A stretch of DNA of 64,000 nucleotides from an uncultured Candidatus Actinomarina sp. Lineage in GTDB: Bacteria > Actinomycetota > Acidimicrobiia > Actinomarinales > Actinomarinaceae. The stretch lies in NCBI GenBank assembly GCA_902593795.1, contig CACJJR010000003.1:23626-87625 (forward strand). Reading direction: 5' to 3'. A program made the position numbers and the translations under genes. Shown in pieces: positions 48,882 through 59,649 of this stretch. The notes under the pieces are model-generated. The model was not told the origin of the DNA. It saw nothing but the letters and a program-made list of their open reading frames with translations, and searched no databases. Every line of letters starts with the position of its first letter. Positions within the stretch are counted from its first letter, which is position 1.

Positions 48882-49090
48882 GTGTAAATGATTTAAGAGA
48901 GCTTTCTGTTCAAGAGTTAGAAAATAAAATAATCGATCTAAAAAAAGATCTTATGGATTCAAGATTCGCACTTGCTACAAGCCAACTTGAAGACACATCT
49001 GTTTTTAAAAAAATAAAAAAAGAAATCTCACAAGCAAACACTGTATTGACGGAAAAATTAAATGAATTAAACAAAGAGGTAAATGAATAA
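48878..49090 (+). CDS. rpmC: 50S ribosomal protein L29
   Basis: 70 aa, [25 protein letters not shown]; operon position. Confidence 0.95.
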   Translation: MSVNDLRELSVQELENKIIDLKKDLMDSRFALATSQLEDTSVFKKIKKEISQANTVLTEKLNELNKEVNE

Positions 49091-49353
49091 TGTCAAATTT
49101 AGAGAGAACTTCAAGAAAAATAAGAACAGGAATTGTTGTTTCTGATGTTCGAGAAAAAACAGTAACAGTAGCTATAGAGTTACAGTTTCCACATCCTAAA
49201 TACAAAAAAATTGTTAAAAAAACGAGAAAACTTCATGCGCATGATGGAAGCTTTGATGCAAAAGTTGGTGACACTGTAAAGATTATGGAAACTAAACCAT
49301 TTTCAAAAACAAAAAAATGGAGAGTAACCGAAGTTGTTGAGAGGGCAAGATGA
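49090..49353 (+). CDS. rpsQ: 30S ribosomal protein S17
   Basis: [14 protein letters not shown]...[18 protein letters not shown]. Confidence 0.96.
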   Translation: MSNLERTSRKIRTGIVVSDVREKTVTVAIELQFPHPKYKKIVKKTRKLHAHDGSFDAKVGDTVKIMETKPFSKTKKWRVTEVVERAR

Positions 49354-49718
49354 TTCAGAAAGAATCTAGACTCAAAGTTGCTGATAATTCTGGCGCAAAG
49401 GAAGTTCTGTGTATAAAAGTTAAAGGAAGTTCAAGAATAAGATATGCTGGGCTCGGAGATACCTTTGTTGCGACTGTTAAAGATGCTATACCTGGTGGCC
49501 AGATTAAAAAGGGAGATATTGTTCAGGCCGTAGTTGTTAGAACTAAAAAGGAAACAAGAAGAAAAGACGGAACTTATATACGATTTGATGAGAATGCATG
49601 TGTAATTATTAATGAACAAGAACAACCTAGAGGCACTAGAATTTTTGGGCCAGTTGGTAGAGAATTAAGAGAAAAGAAATTTATGAGAATTGTTTCATTA
49701 GCTCCGGAGGTTTTGTAA
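49350..49718 (+). CDS. rplN: 50S ribosomal protein L14
   Basis: [24 protein letters not shown]. Confidence 0.98.
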   Translation: MIQKESRLKVADNSGAKEVLCIKVKGSSRIRYAGLGDTFVATVKDAIPGGQIKKGDIVQAVVVRTKKETRRKDGTYIRFDENACVIINEQEQPRGTRIFGPVGRELREKKFMRIVSLAPEVL

Positions 49719-50020
49719 TGAAAATACAAAAAGGCGATACAGTAAAAGTTATATCAGGAAAAGATACAGGAAAAGAAGGCAAAGTATTACAAGCTTTTCC
49801 AAAAAAAGGAACAGTTTTGGTTGAGGGTGTAAATATAAACAAAAAACATCAAAAACCTCAAGGTCAAACTATGCAAGGTGGTGTTATTGATAAGAGTATG
49901 CCAATAAATGTCTCTAATGTTGCACTAGTAGTTAAAAAGCATGCTGGAAGAGTTGGTTACAAGTTTGATAAAAATGGTAAAAAATATAGAGTTTTAGCCC
50001 AGACAGGTGATGAAGCATGA
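49718..50020 (+). CDS. rplX: 50S ribosomal protein L24
   Basis: [24 protein letters not shown] (KOW). Confidence 0.96.
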   Translation: MKIQKGDTVKVISGKDTGKEGKVLQAFPKKGTVLVEGVNINKKHQKPQGQTMQGGVIDKSMPINVSNVALVVKKHAGRVGYKFDKNGKKYRVLAQTGDEA

Positions 50021-50562
50021 TTCCTAGACTTAAAGAACAATATAATAATGAGTTGAAGACAAAAATTATGTCTAATTTACAGTTAAAAAATGTAAATGAA
50101 ATTCCAACTCTTGAAAAAATTATTATCAATATTGGTGATGGTAAAGCAGCAACTGATGGCAGAGCTTTAGAATCTATGGTGGATGAGTTAACTGCAATTT
50201 CAGGTCAAAAACCTGTTATTAGAAGAGCAAAAAAATCTATTGCAGGTTTTAAAATCCGAGAAGGTATGCCAATTGGTACTTCTGTAACCTTAAGAGGTGA
50301 CAGGATGTGGGAATTTTATGATCGATTTATTCAAGTTGTTGTACCACGAGTTAGAGACTTTAGAGGTTTTAGCAAAAAATCATTTGATGGTAATGGCAAC
50401 TACACACTTGGTTTAAATGAACAGTTAGTATTCCCAGAAGTTGAGTACGACAAAGTTAGAGACATAAGAGGTATGAATATTACTATTTGTACTTCTGCTA
50501 ACGATAACAACGAAGGTTATGTATTATTACAAACGCTAGGATTTCCATTTAGGGAGAATTAA
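50017..50562 (+). CDS. rplE: 50S ribosomal protein L5
   Basis: [11 protein letters not shown]..., [19 protein letters not shown]. Confidence 0.97.
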   Translation: MIPRLKEQYNNELKTKIMSNLQLKNVNEIPTLEKIIINIGDGKAATDGRALESMVDELTAISGQKPVIRRAKKSIAGFKIREGMPIGTSVTLRGDRMWEFYDRFIQVVVPRVRDFRGFSKKSFDGNGNYTLGLNEQLVFPEVEYDKVRDIRGMNITICTSANDNNEGYVLLQTLGFPFREN

Positions 50563-50564
50563 TT

Positions 50565-50870
50565 ATGGCAAAAACAAGTAAAATAGCAAAAAATAATCAA
50601 CGGAAAAAAGCTATATCTGTTTACTCAGAAAGACGACAAGAATTACTAAAGATTATTAAAGACCCAAACACTTCATACGATGAAAAGCGTGAAGCTCAAA
50701 AAAAGATTGCAAAGATGCCTCGAGATGCATCGCCTACAAGGCATAGAAATAGATGCGAAGTTACTGGAAGACCTAGAGGAACACTCAGGAAATTTGGTAT
50801 GTCAAGAAACACTTTCAGGGACCTTGCATTAAAAGGCGAGCTACCTGGCATTAAGAAAGCTTCTTGGTAA
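50565..50870 (+). CDS. rpsN: 30S ribosomal protein S14, long Cys-less (zinc-independent) form
   Basis: 101 aa. [41 protein letters not shown]. No CxxC pairs. Confidence 0.96.
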   Translation: MAKTSKIAKNNQRKKAISVYSERRQELLKIIKDPNTSYDEKREAQKKIAKMPRDASPTRHRNRCEVTGRPRGTLRKFGMSRNTFRDLALKGELPGIKKASW

Positions 50871-50872
50871 AT

Positions 50873-51271
50873 ATGAATTCAGATCCTATTTCCGATTTTT
50901 TAACAAGAATAAGAAATGCTTCAATGGTCAATAAACCATCAGTATCTGTTCCTCATTCAAAGTTTAAATTAGAACTTTCGAAACTTTTGAAAGAAGAAGG
51001 ATACGTTACTGATGTTAAGGTTTCTGGTGAGGGCTCGAAAAAACAAATTGAAATTGATTTAAAATATTCGGATAATGGAATTCCAGTTCTTGCAGGTATG
51101 AATAGATTAAGTAAACCTGGTAGAAGGCTATATGTTAGTTCAGACTCGCTTCCAAGAAACAATGGAGGTTTAGGAACAGTAGTAGTTTCTACTTCAAGAG
51201 GTTTATTACCAGATTCTGAAGCAAGAAAAAGAAAACTGGGTGGAGAGCTTATTTGTGAGGTATGGTCATGA
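50873..51271 (+). CDS. rpsH: 30S ribosomal protein S8
   Basis: ATG 50873 (MNSDPISDFLTRIRNA) is preferred over the TTG at 50864, which overlaps the rpsN stop. Confidence 0.96.
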   Translation: MNSDPISDFLTRIRNASMVNKPSVSVPHSKFKLELSKLLKEEGYVTDVKVSGEGSKKQIEIDLKYSDNGIPVLAGMNRLSKPGRRLYVSSDSLPRNNGGLGTVVVSTSRGLLPDSEARKRKLGGELICEVWS

Positions 51272-51819
51272 GTAGAATAGGAAATAAGCCTGTTTTAATT
51301 CCAGAAAAAGTTGAACTGAGTATAAATAGCAATTTCATCAACATAAAGGGTCCAAAAGGAGAATTATCCACTGAAATTGTTGATGAACGTATAAAGTATG
51401 AAGTAAACGAAAATGAATTAACTTTTTCCAGAACATCTGACGTTGCTGAAGTAAGAAGCCTGCATGGCCTTTATAGATCTTTAGTCGCAAATAACATAGA
51501 AGGTGTTTTAGAAGGATACAAGAAGACATTATTGCTTCAAGGTGTTGGTCATAGAGCAACACTTAAGGGCAATGATTTAGAGATTTTATGCGGATTTTCC
51601 CATCCAGTAATTTTTAAAAAAGTTGAAGATATAAATTTTGAAGTTCCTGATCAAAACACAATAATTGTATCGGGTATTGACAAGGCACTTGTTGGTCAAG
51701 TTGCAGCAAATATTAGAGCTATTAAGCCTCCTGAACCTTACAAAGGAAAAGGAATCAGATATCAAGATGAATACGTCAGAAGAAAAGCAGGTAAGGCTGC
51801 AGTAACAGCAGGAGCATAA
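51268..51819 (+). CDS. rplF: 50S ribosomal protein L6
   Basis: MSRIGNKPV... The upstream in-frame ATG at 51262 is an alternative start. Confidence 0.96.
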   Translation: MSRIGNKPVLIPEKVELSINSNFINIKGPKGELSTEIVDERIKYEVNENELTFSRTSDVAEVRSLHGLYRSLVANNIEGVLEGYKKTLLLQGVGHRATLKGNDLEILCGFSHPVIFKKVEDINFEVPDQNTIIVSGIDKALVGQVAANIRAIKPPEPYKGKGIRYQDEYVRRKAGKAAVTAGA

Positions 51820-51829
51820 ATAAATATAT

Positions 51830-52177
51830 ATGAAAGTAAAAGACAAAAGACAGCATAGAAAAATAAGAATAAGAAAAAAGATTAACGGTACAGCAACTGT
51901 TCCACGCCTGGCTGTGTTTAAAAGCAACAATAACATTTATGTTCAAGCAATTGATGACTTAAATCAAGTTACTATCGCATCTGCAAGTACCCTTTCTAAA
52001 GAAGTTAAAACAAAAACATTGTCAATTGAAGCTTCCAAGGAAGTTGGAGAACTAATGGGTAAAAAATTAAATGATCTTAAGATTTCAAAAGCTGTGTTTG
52101 ACAGAGGTGGTTATATTTACCATGGAAGAGTTAAATTTTTAGCAGATGGTATAAGAGAAAAAGGAATAGAATTTTAA
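51830..52177 (+). CDS. rplR: 50S ribosomal protein L18
   Basis: [14 protein letters not shown]...[15 protein letters not shown]...[20 protein letters not shown]. Confidence 0.96.
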   Translation: MKVKDKRQHRKIRIRKKINGTATVPRLAVFKSNNNIYVQAIDDLNQVTIASASTLSKEVKTKTLSIEASKEVGELMGKKLNDLKISKAVFDRGGYIYHGRVKFLADGIREKGIEF

Positions 52178-52728
52178 TGGCTGAAATAGAACTTCAAGAA
52201 AGTGTAATTCATATCAACAGAGTTGCAAAAGTAGTCAAAGGCGGTCGTAATTTTGCTTTTACCGCACTCGTTGCTGTTGGAGATGGAAATGGGCGAGCTG
52301 GAATTGGATATGGAAAAGGCTCAGAAGTTCCTTTAGCTATTCAAAAGGCTATCGAAAATGCAAAAAAGAATGTGCAAGATATTCCAATGGCTGGTTCAAC
52401 AATTGTTCACACAATTATTGGAAAACATGGTTCTTCAAAAGTTCTTTTGAAACCTGCTGCTCCAGGTACCGGTGTTATTGCTGGAGGCGCTGCTAGACAA
52501 GTTTTAGAAGTAGCAGGCGTTAAAGATATCCTAGCAAAATCACTTGGCTCACCTACACATCTAAATGTTGCAAAAGCAACAATTAATGGTTTACTCAATC
52601 AAAGAACTCCAGATATGGTTGCTGGTCTTAGAGGTAAAAAACCCTCCGAAGTTGCACCTCCTGGGTTAGTAAAAGCATATGAAAAAACTAAAGCTGAAAA
52701 AAAAGTGAAAGTAGCTGATGAAAGTTAG
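52177..52728 (+). CDS. rpsE: 30S ribosomal protein S5
   Basis: [35 protein letters not shown]. Confidence 0.97.
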   Translation: MAEIELQESVIHINRVAKVVKGGRNFAFTALVAVGDGNGRAGIGYGKGSEVPLAIQKAIENAKKNVQDIPMAGSTIVHTIIGKHGSSKVLLKPAAPGTGVIAGGAARQVLEVAGVKDILAKSLGSPTHLNVAKATINGLLNQRTPDMVAGLRGKKPSEVAPPGLVKAYEKTKAEKKVKVADES

Positions 52729-52897
52729 AATTACTCTTAAAAGAAGTCTTATTGGTCAAACTCCTAAAGCACGAGAAACAGTTAGAAGCCTAGGTTTAAA
52801 AAAAATTAATTCATCTACTGAAAGAGAGATCAATCCAATGATTCAAGGTATGCTTAATAAAGTTGAGCACCTTGTTGATATAGAGGAAATTAAATAA
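52718..52897 (+). CDS. rpmD: 50S ribosomal protein L30
   Basis: Not in the ORF track (59 aa). Translation is [59 protein letters not shown]. It overlaps the rpsE end. Confidence 0.92.
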   Translation: MKVRITLKRSLIGQTPKARETVRSLGLKKINSSTEREINPMIQGMLNKVEHLVDIEEIK

Positions 52898-53347
52898 ATG
52901 AAAAAGTTAAGATTTCATCACTTAAAGCCAACCCCTGGTTCTACTAAACAAAAATTAAGAAAAGGTAGAGGCGAAGCAGGCAAGAGAGGAAAGACAGCCG
53001 GTAGGGGAACTAAAGGTACTGGAGCAAGAAAAACAGTTCCTGCATACTTCGAGGGTGGCCAAATACCTCTTTACAGGCGTATACCTAAAGTTAGAGGTAT
53101 TGGCAATGCAGCAAAAATGTCATATGTAGTAGTGAATGTTAGCGAACTTGAAGAAAAGAGTTTAGAAGGAGATGTTACTCCTGATATCTTGAGGGAAATG
53201 GGGCTAACAAGAAAAAAAGGTTTAGTAAAAATATTAGGAGATGGTGAAATAACCAAGAAAATTAATTTGAAAGTTCATGCCATCAGTGAAGTAGCTAAAG
53301 GTAAAATTGAGAGTGCCGGCGGTTCTGTAGAAATTATTAAAGAGTAA
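52898..53347 (+). CDS. rplO: 50S ribosomal protein L15
   Basis: LKPTPGSTKQKLRKGRGEAGKRGKTAGRGTKG. Confidence 0.96.
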   Translation: MKKLRFHHLKPTPGSTKQKLRKGRGEAGKRGKTAGRGTKGTGARKTVPAYFEGGQIPLYRRIPKVRGIGNAAKMSYVVVNVSELEEKSLEGDVTPDILREMGLTRKKGLVKILGDGEITKKINLKVHAISEVAKGKIESAGGSVEIIKE

Positions 53348-53349
53348 CT

Positions 53350-54663
53350 ATGCAACTATCTATTTTTAGATACATTTTTAAAATTCCAGATTTAAGAAAA
53401 AGAATCTTTTTCACACTTTTTATGTTTGCTGTTTATAGATTAGGAGCAGCCGTTCCTGTTCCAGGTGTTGATTTAGATGCTGTTCAAAGACTTACTGATT
53501 CTGGATCCCAAGCTGGAATATATGGATTATTAAATTTATTTTCTGGAGGTGCCTTAGAGACTTTTTCAGTTTTTGCGTTAGGTATTATGCCTTATATTAC
53601 AGCAAGTATTATTTTACAATTATTAACTGTAGTGATACCACGATTACAAAAACTTCAGGAAGAAGGAGAATCAGGTAGAAAAGTCATTACGCAATGGACA
53701 AGATATATAACAGTAGTTTTAGCGCTATTGCAATCTACTGCATTGACTTACTTGTTCTCGAGAGGAAGCCTGACTGGGGGTATTTCATTAATTCCTAATT
53801 ACACACCTTCAAGAGTTGGCCTAATAGTATTAACTATGACTGCTGGAACAGCATTTATTATGTGGATTGGTGAGCTTATTTCTCAAAGGGGAGTTGGCAA
53901 CGGAATGTCTTTGATAATATTTGCAAGTATTGTAAGTCAATTGCCATCACAATTTGGAAGCTCTTATCAGGTCACTGCGGGACAAGGTAGAGTTGGACAG
54001 TTTGCATTTCTTATGATTATGTTCATTTTAATGATTGTAGGAATAATTTATGTTGAACAAGGACAGCGCCGTATTCCTATTCAATTTGCAAAAAGAGTCA
54101 GAGGTAGAAAAGTAATGGGAGGTCAGAGTACATATATACCGCTTAAAGTTAATAGTGCAGGAGTTATCCCAGTAATTTTTGCAACCAGTATTTTATTTTT
54201 TCCAGCTTTGGTTGCTACATCTTTACCTCAAGATAATAATGTGACTGCTGCTATTAGAAATTGGATTGATATCAATTTGGCTAATTCTCAAGGTACTACA
54301 TGGTTTTATGTATTTTTCTTAGGAATATTAATTATTTTCTTTACCTACTTTTATACAACTATTCAATTTGATCCAGTTCGTCAGTCAGATATGATCAGAA
54401 GACAGGGAGGATTCGTTCCTGGTGTAAGGCCTGGTATATCTACTACAAATTATTTGTCACATATCATAAATCGAATTACTCTACCAGGTTCAGTATTCTT
54501 AGCATCAGTCGCAGTTCTACCTTCAATTGCTTCTGTAATTTGGGATATTCCTCTTGGCTTCAGTGGAATATCAATTCTTATTACAGTGGGTGTTGCATTA
54601 GAAACAATGAAACAAATTGAAAGTCAGCTTAGTATGAGAAATTATGAAGGATTTATTGATTGA
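53350..54663 (+). CDS. secY: Preprotein translocase subunit SecY
   Basis: 437 aa, 10 TM. LFSGGALETFSVFALGIMPYITASII, GELISQRGVGNGMSLIIF. Confidence 0.97.
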   Translation: MQLSIFRYIFKIPDLRKRIFFTLFMFAVYRLGAAVPVPGVDLDAVQRLTDSGSQAGIYGLLNLFSGGALETFSVFALGIMPYITASIILQLLTVVIPRLQKLQEEGESGRKVITQWTRYITVVLALLQSTALTYLFSRGSLTGGISLIPNYTPSRVGLIVLTMTAGTAFIMWIGELISQRGVGNGMSLIIFASIVSQLPSQFGSSYQVTAGQGRVGQFAFLMIMFILMIVGIIYVEQGQRRIPIQFAKRVRGRKVMGGQSTYIPLKVNSAGVIPVIFATSILFFPALVATSLPQDNNVTAAIRNWIDINLANSQGTTWFYVFFLGILIIFFTYFYTTIQFDPVRQSDMIRRQGGFVPGVRPGISTTNYLSHIINRITLPGSVFLASVAVLPSIASVIWDIPLGFSGISILITVGVALETMKQIESQLSMRNYEGFID

Positions 54664-55217
54664 GCAATTTAGTAATTTTTCTAGGTCCTCCCGGAGCTGG
54701 AAAAGGAACTCAAGCAGCAAAAATAGCTAAAGAAAAAAATTTTGCACATATATCAACTGGAGATATGCTTCGAGAACACGTGAGCAGTGGAACCGAATTA
54801 GGCTATACAGCAAAAACACTTCTTGATGAGGGAAAACTTGTACCAGATTCACTGGTGATTGAAATGCTCATTGAGAGACTTAATTCTGAAGATTGTAAAA
54901 ATGGAGCCATACTTGATGGTTTTCCTAGAACACTTGCTCAAGCAGAAAGTCTTGACAAAATTAGTAATCAATTCAAAATTGCCAAAGTAATTGTATTTGA
55001 TGCAAATCATGAAGAACTTGTCAAAAGAATCCTTCACAGAGGTGAGACTAGTGGCAGAAGTGATGATACAGAAGAATCTGTAAATGTAAGACTTGAAGTT
55101 TACGAAAAAGACACTGCACCACTAATTGAGTACTACACCAAAAAAAATCTTGTTGTAAAAATTAATGCAGTGGGGGAAGTCGATAATATTTACAATTTAA
55201 TTTCAGGAGAGTTTTAA
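54660..55217 (+). CDS. adk: Adenylate kinase (short, lid without zinc knuckle)
   Basis: TTG start overlapping the secY stop. FLGPPGAGKGTQA, ILDGFPRT. Confidence 0.95.
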   Translation: MSNLVIFLGPPGAGKGTQAAKIAKEKNFAHISTGDMLREHVSSGTELGYTAKTLLDEGKLVPDSLVIEMLIERLNSEDCKNGAILDGFPRTLAQAESLDKISNQFKIAKVIVFDANHEELVKRILHRGETSGRSDDTEESVNVRLEVYEKDTAPLIEYYTKKNLVVKINAVGEVDNIYNLISGEF

Positions 55218-55225
55218 AACCAAAT

Positions 55226-55993
55226 ATGCTTACTTATAAATCTTCTGAGGACTTTAAAAAAATGATCAAGGCTGGAAAAGTTGTTTCAAATATACATTAT
55301 GAAATATTTAATAAAACTAAACCTGGAATGATGCTTAAAGATCTTGATAATATTGCAAAAAATATTATTGAAATATCAAATGTTAATTCTAGCTTTTTTG
55401 GATACACACCTCCCGGTCATGGGCCGTATCCAGCTTATATTTGTGCCTCACCTAATGATGCAATAGTTCATGGCATACCAAATGATACTCGCATTCAAGA
55501 AGGTGACATTATTTCAATAGATGTTGGGGTCTCTTATGAGGGCTATCATGCTGATGCAGCTTTTACCTATGGTGTTGGAGAAATATCAGATGAAGATAGG
55601 TTTCTTATTGATACTACTAAGCATGCACTTAGTGAAGCAGTAAAACTTGTCAAAGATGGTCAAAAACTAGGCACGATAGGTCACAAAATTGACAAAATAG
55701 CTACAAAAAAGAATTTAGGAAACGTAAAAAATTATGTAGGCCACGGGATTGGACAGGAAATGCATGAAGAGCCACAGGTTCCTCACTACGGTAAGAAAAA
55801 TACTGGATTTGAATTGAAGACTGGAATGGCAATTTGTATTGAGCCTATGTTCAATTTAGGCTCTGAAGACACAATGGTTGACGAGGATGGGTGGACTGTT
55901 AAGACTATTGATGGAAAAAAATCAGCCCACTGGGAACATACTATTGGATTAACTGAGGAAGGAACAAGTGTTTTTACAGAAAACTTATTTTAA
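55226..55993 (+). CDS. map: Methionine aminopeptidase type I
   Basis: ICASPNDAIVHGIP, DVGVSYEGYHADAAFT, HGIGQEMHEEP, EHT. Confidence 0.96.
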   Translation: MLTYKSSEDFKKMIKAGKVVSNIHYEIFNKTKPGMMLKDLDNIAKNIIEISNVNSSFFGYTPPGHGPYPAYICASPNDAIVHGIPNDTRIQEGDIISIDVGVSYEGYHADAAFTYGVGEISDEDRFLIDTTKHALSEAVKLVKDGQKLGTIGHKIDKIATKKNLGNVKNYVGHGIGQEMHEEPQVPHYGKKNTGFELKTGMAICIEPMFNLGSEDTMVDEDGWTVKTIDGKKSAHWEHTIGLTEEGTSVFTENLF

Positions 55994-56059
55994 TTTTGTG
56001 TTTGTAATAGTTTCAAATCGCACTAATCTAGTAAATCGGTCACATAATCAAGGCTAATT

Positions 56060-56284
56060 TTGGTAGAAAACGAAAAAAACATAATTAAAGTTCAAGGAAC
56101 AGTTATGGAGACCCTACCAAACGCTTCTTTTAAGGTGCAACTTGAAAGCGGTGCAGAGATACTGGCACATGTGTCAGGAAAAATGAGAATGAGGTACATT
56201 AGAATTTTACCAGGGGACACTGTTGAGATGGAAGTCTCACCTTATGATCCAACAAGAGGTAGGATAATTTGGAGACATAAATGA
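56060..56284 (+). CDS. infA: Translation initiation factor IF-1
   Basis: [46 protein letters not shown] start. Confidence 0.96.
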   Translation: MVENEKNIIKVQGTVMETLPNASFKVQLESGAEILAHVSGKMRMRYIRILPGDTVEMEVSPYDPTRGRIIWRHK

Positions 56285-56397
56285 AAGTTAAATCCAGTAT
56301 AAAAAAGAGAGGCCCTAACGATCAAATCGTTAGAAGAAAAGGCAAGCTTTATGTTATTAATAAAAGAAACCCTCGTCATAAACAAAGGCAAGGTTAA
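56281..56397 (+). CDS. rpmJ: 50S ribosomal protein L36, Cys-less (zinc-independent) form
   Basis: Not in the ORF track (38 aa). Translation is [38 protein letters not shown]. The ATG overlaps the infA stop. Confidence 0.9.
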   Translation: MKVKSSIKKRGPNDQIVRRKGKLYVINKRNPRHKQRQG

Positions 56398-56403
56398 GTT
56401 TTA

Positions 56404-56781
56404 ATGGCACGTATTTCAGGCATAGATATTCCTAGAGAAAAAAGAGTTATTGCATCATTACAGTACATCCATGGTGTTGGCTCAAAGAGAGCAGAAGATA
56501 TTTGTTCCGACTTAAAAATAGATCCAAGTACTCGAGTCAGTAATCTTACAAATGATGAAGTCGCTCAAATTAGGAAATATATTGAAGCAAATTTTAGAGT
56601 TGAGGGTGACCTAAGACGAGACGTGTCACAAAACATTAGAAGAAAAACAGAAATTGGAACATATCAAGGCTTAAGACACAGAAAAGGACTTCCTGTAAGA
56701 GGCCAAAGAACGCACACTAACGCAAGGACACGTAAAGGTCCTAGATTTGCCATAGCTGGTAAAAAGAAAGCACTTAAATAA
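56404..56781 (+). CDS. rpsM: 30S ribosomal protein S13
   Basis: [15 protein letters not shown]...[26 protein letters not shown]. Confidence 0.97.
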   Translation: MARISGIDIPREKRVIASLQYIHGVGSKRAEDICSDLKIDPSTRVSNLTNDEVAQIRKYIEANFRVEGDLRRDVSQNIRRKTEIGTYQGLRHRKGLPVRGQRTHTNARTRKGPRFAIAGKKKALK

Positions 56782-57164
56782 TGGCTGATCAAAAAACAAA
56801 AAAGAAAGTCAAAAAAAATGTGCCTGCGGGAGTTGCACATATCAAAGCAAGTTTTAATAATACTATAATTAATATTTCTAATCCTTCTGGAGAAACGATC
56901 GTATGGACTTCTGGTGGTTCTGTAGGTTTTAAGGGCTCAAGAAAATCAACACCTTATGCAGCACAAGTAGCAGCTGAAGAAGCAGTTAGGAGAGCTACAG
57001 AATATGGTGTTCAAAAACTAGATATAATTATTAGTGGCACAGGCGCAGGTAGGGAAACTGCTGTTAGAACTTTACAAAATATGGGAATGGATGTGGGAAC
57101 TATTAAAGACATCACTCCTACACCACACAATGGGTGCAGACCAAAGAAAAGAAGAAGAGGATAA
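56781..57164 (+). CDS. rpsK: 30S ribosomal protein S11
   Basis: [22 protein letters not shown]...[15 protein letters not shown]. Confidence 0.97.
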   Translation: MADQKTKKKVKKNVPAGVAHIKASFNNTIINISNPSGETIVWTSGGSVGFKGSRKSTPYAAQVAAEEAVRRATEYGVQKLDIIISGTGAGRETAVRTLQNMGMDVGTIKDITPTPHNGCRPKKRRRG

Positions 57165-57778
57165 TGGCTAGATATACTGGACCTAGAGTAAGAGTTTCAA
57201 GAAGAATAGGTTTTAACGTTTTTGAAAATAGAAAAGGCGACAAGGCGCTTCAAGATAGACCATTTCCACCAGGTGAAAATGGTAGAAAAAGAGTCAGAGA
57301 AACAGATTATGGAACTCAATTAAAAGAAAAACAAAAAGTACGTTATATGTATGGTGTTTTAGAAAAGCAATTTAGAAACTACTACAAAGAGGCTACAAGA
57401 ATGCCAGGTATTACTGGTGAGAATCTATTAATTCTTTTAGAGTCAAGGTTAGACAATGTTATTTATAGGGCTGGCTTTGCTTCCACAAGGCCTCAGGCAA
57501 GGCAACTTGTGTCCCATAGGCATTTTAAAATTAATGGAAAGTTTGTAGATGTACCTTCTTATAAAGTAAAACCTGGAGATTTAATTGAAATCAAAGATGC
57601 TAGTCAAGATTTAATAATTATTCAACATACAATAGACACCGGCCAGGACAATGTAATACCTAGTTGGCTAGATGTAGATAATAAAAAGAAATCTGTAAAA
57701 ATTAATGCAGAACCATCAAGAGGTGATGCTAGTTCGCAGATTGAAGAACAACTAATAGTAGAGCTTTATTCAAAGTAA
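57164..57778 (+). CDS. rpsD: 30S ribosomal protein S4
   Basis: True start ATG 57164 ([14 protein letters not shown]). The ORF-track start at 57134 overlaps rpsK. Confidence 0.96.
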   Translation: MARYTGPRVRVSRRIGFNVFENRKGDKALQDRPFPPGENGRKRVRETDYGTQLKEKQKVRYMYGVLEKQFRNYYKEATRMPGITGENLLILLESRLDNVIYRAGFASTRPQARQLVSHRHFKINGKFVDVPSYKVKPGDLIEIKDASQDLIIIQHTIDTGQDNVIPSWLDVDNKKKSVKINAEPSRGDASSQIEEQLIVELYSK

Positions 57779-57798
57779 AAATTTGAGAGGAGAATAAA

Positions 57799-58758
57799 AT
57801 GTTAATGCTGCAAAGACCAGAAATCACTCAAGAAAATCTTGGGAAAAATAGAACGCAATTTGTAATTGAGCCACTTGAGCCAGGATTTGGCCTAACTTTA
57901 GGTAATACTATGAGAAGAGCCTTGCTTTCTCGAGTCCCTGGTGTTGCTGTAACTGGAATCAAAATAGACGGAGTAAATCATGAATTTACATCTATACCTG
58001 GAGTCGTAGAGGATGTTCTTGACCTTCTCCTTAATCTTAAAAGGCTTGTACTCAAAGTCGATGATCAAGAAAATCACACCCTGACTGTTAAAGCAAAAGG
58101 TCCTGGAGATGTTCTTGCTGCACAAATTCAATGCCCTGCTGGTGTTGAAGTTGTAAATACAGATTTAAAAGTTTGTACTCTTTCTGATAATTCAACTTTA
58201 GATATGGAAGTTTCAATTGCACACGGTGTTGGATATAGGCTCGCTGATAAAAATAAAACAAGCGATTCAAATTTTATACCTATTGACTCTATATTTTCTC
58301 CAATTGTAAAAGTAAGCTATGGTGTCTCTCCAACTCAAGTTGGTCAGGTAACTGATTATGATAAGCTAACACTCGATGTAGAAACAGATGGTTCAATTGA
58401 GCCAAGCGAAGCTATATCATCAGTTGGTAAAACACTCGGAGAGCTTTGGAAGCTATTTGCTGACATTGATGAAGGTGTTGGTTTAGAATTAGGCGAATTG
58501 ACTATTTCTGAAGGAAGTTCTCCAGACTTGTCGTTATCTGTAGATGCCTTGGATCTATCCGAAAGGCCAAGAAATTGTCTTGGAAGAGAAAATATTACAA
58601 CAGTTGGCCAAATTTTAGAATATACAGAAGACGATTTGCTTAATTTAACAAACTTTGGTCAAAAAAGCTTAGATGAACTAGTTGCAAAACTTGATGAATT
58701 AGGACTCAGTCTACCAACAAGTTCCGATCTTGACTCAGGAGATATGGCAGATGCCTAA
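57799..58758 (+). CDS. rpoA: DNA-directed RNA polymerase subunit alpha
   Basis: [25 protein letters not shown]-terminal domain [20 protein letters not shown]. Confidence 0.97.
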   Translation: MLMLQRPEITQENLGKNRTQFVIEPLEPGFGLTLGNTMRRALLSRVPGVAVTGIKIDGVNHEFTSIPGVVEDVLDLLLNLKRLVLKVDDQENHTLTVKAKGPGDVLAAQIQCPAGVEVVNTDLKVCTLSDNSTLDMEVSIAHGVGYRLADKNKTSDSNFIPIDSIFSPIVKVSYGVSPTQVGQVTDYDKLTLDVETDGSIEPSEAISSVGKTLGELWKLFADIDEGVGLELGELTISEGSSPDLSLSVDALDLSERPRNCLGRENITTVGQILEYTEDDLLNLTNFGQKSLDELVAKLDELGLSLPTSSDLDSGDMADA

Positions 58759-59101
58759 ACCTACTAAAGGCAAGAGACTTGGCGGTTCTTCATCACATGA
58801 GGATCAAATAATAAGCAATTTAATTAGTGCTTTGATTGAGTATGAAAAAATTGAGACAACTGTCACAAAAGCAAAAACAGTGAAGCCCTACGCTGAGAAA
58901 GTAATCACTAAAGCTAAAAGTGGAACCCTTCATGACAGGAGGCAGGTATTAAAGATGATTCAAAATAAGTCTGTTGTTGCCAAACTTTTTGATGAAATTG
59001 GTCCTAAGTATGAAGATAGGAATGGTGGATATACAAGAATTACAAGAACAACTTATAGACAAGGTGATGGCACAGAGCTAGCTGTATTAGAACTAGTTTA
59101 G
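58751..59101 (+). CDS. rplQ: 50S ribosomal protein L17
   Basis: True start ATG 58751 ([16 protein letters not shown]). The ORF-track start at 58730 overlaps rpoA. Confidence 0.95.
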   Translation: MPKPTKGKRLGGSSSHEDQIISNLISALIEYEKIETTVTKAKTVKPYAEKVITKAKSGTLHDRRQVLKMIQNKSVVAKLFDEIGPKYEDRNGGYTRITRTTYRQGDGTELAVLELV

Positions 59102-59103
59102 AT

Positions 59104-59649
59104 TTGAATTCACTAAAAGATATCTGGTCACAATTTCAAAAATTTATTCGCCTGAATCAAGACGTATATATAAGATTCAGTAACGACAGATATGAATCTG
59201 GAAATGCACTGATTGTAGTTTTAGTTAGCCTACTTTGTATTTATCTTCCATTTATTTTCAATTCGACTTCAGTAAATATAAGTGACATTGTATTTTATGG
59301 TTTGGTTGACGGCGTGTTCGCATGGCTATTTGCAACTTTAGCTTCCTGGTTTTTATTGACTAGAGCCTTTAATACAATAATTGAAATCACCAACCTTTTA
59401 GTTTTCACTGGTTATGCACATGGAGTATTAGGTTTTTTTGGAATATTTATTTTAATTAATAACTATATTTCACTACCTCAAAATATTTTTCAGATCTTAA
59501 CTCTAATTATTTTCGGCTGGATGTATTTTGTTTTGACTAAGGCACTTTCAGCAGCTTTTCTTCTTGAGAAGAGAATTTCAAGCATATCATCAGTGACATA
59601 TTTGGTTATATTAATATTTTTCTCTGATCCAATTCGTATATTTGTTTAA
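59104..59649 (+). CDS. Polytopic membrane protein (Yip1-domain-like), unknown function
   Basis: 181 aa with 5 hydrophobic segments. TTG start. Wedged between rplQ and truA. Family call is tentative. Confidence 0.6.
   Translation: MNSLKDIWSQFQKFIRLNQDVYIRFSNDRYESGNALIVVLVSLLCIYLPFIFNSTSVNISDIVFYGLVDGVFAWLFATLASWFLLTRAFNTIIEITNLLVFTGYAHGVLGFFGIFILINNYISLPQNIFQILTLIIFGWMYFVLTKALSAAFLLEKRISSISSVTYLVILIFFSDPIRIFV

Noticed and set aside
51586-51936. 116-aa minus-strand ORF spanning the rplF-rplR junction (and other antisense ORFs in the spc/alpha operons)
   Set aside because: It is antisense to two ribosomal protein genes and has a Cys/Leu/Phe-rich low-complexity translation.
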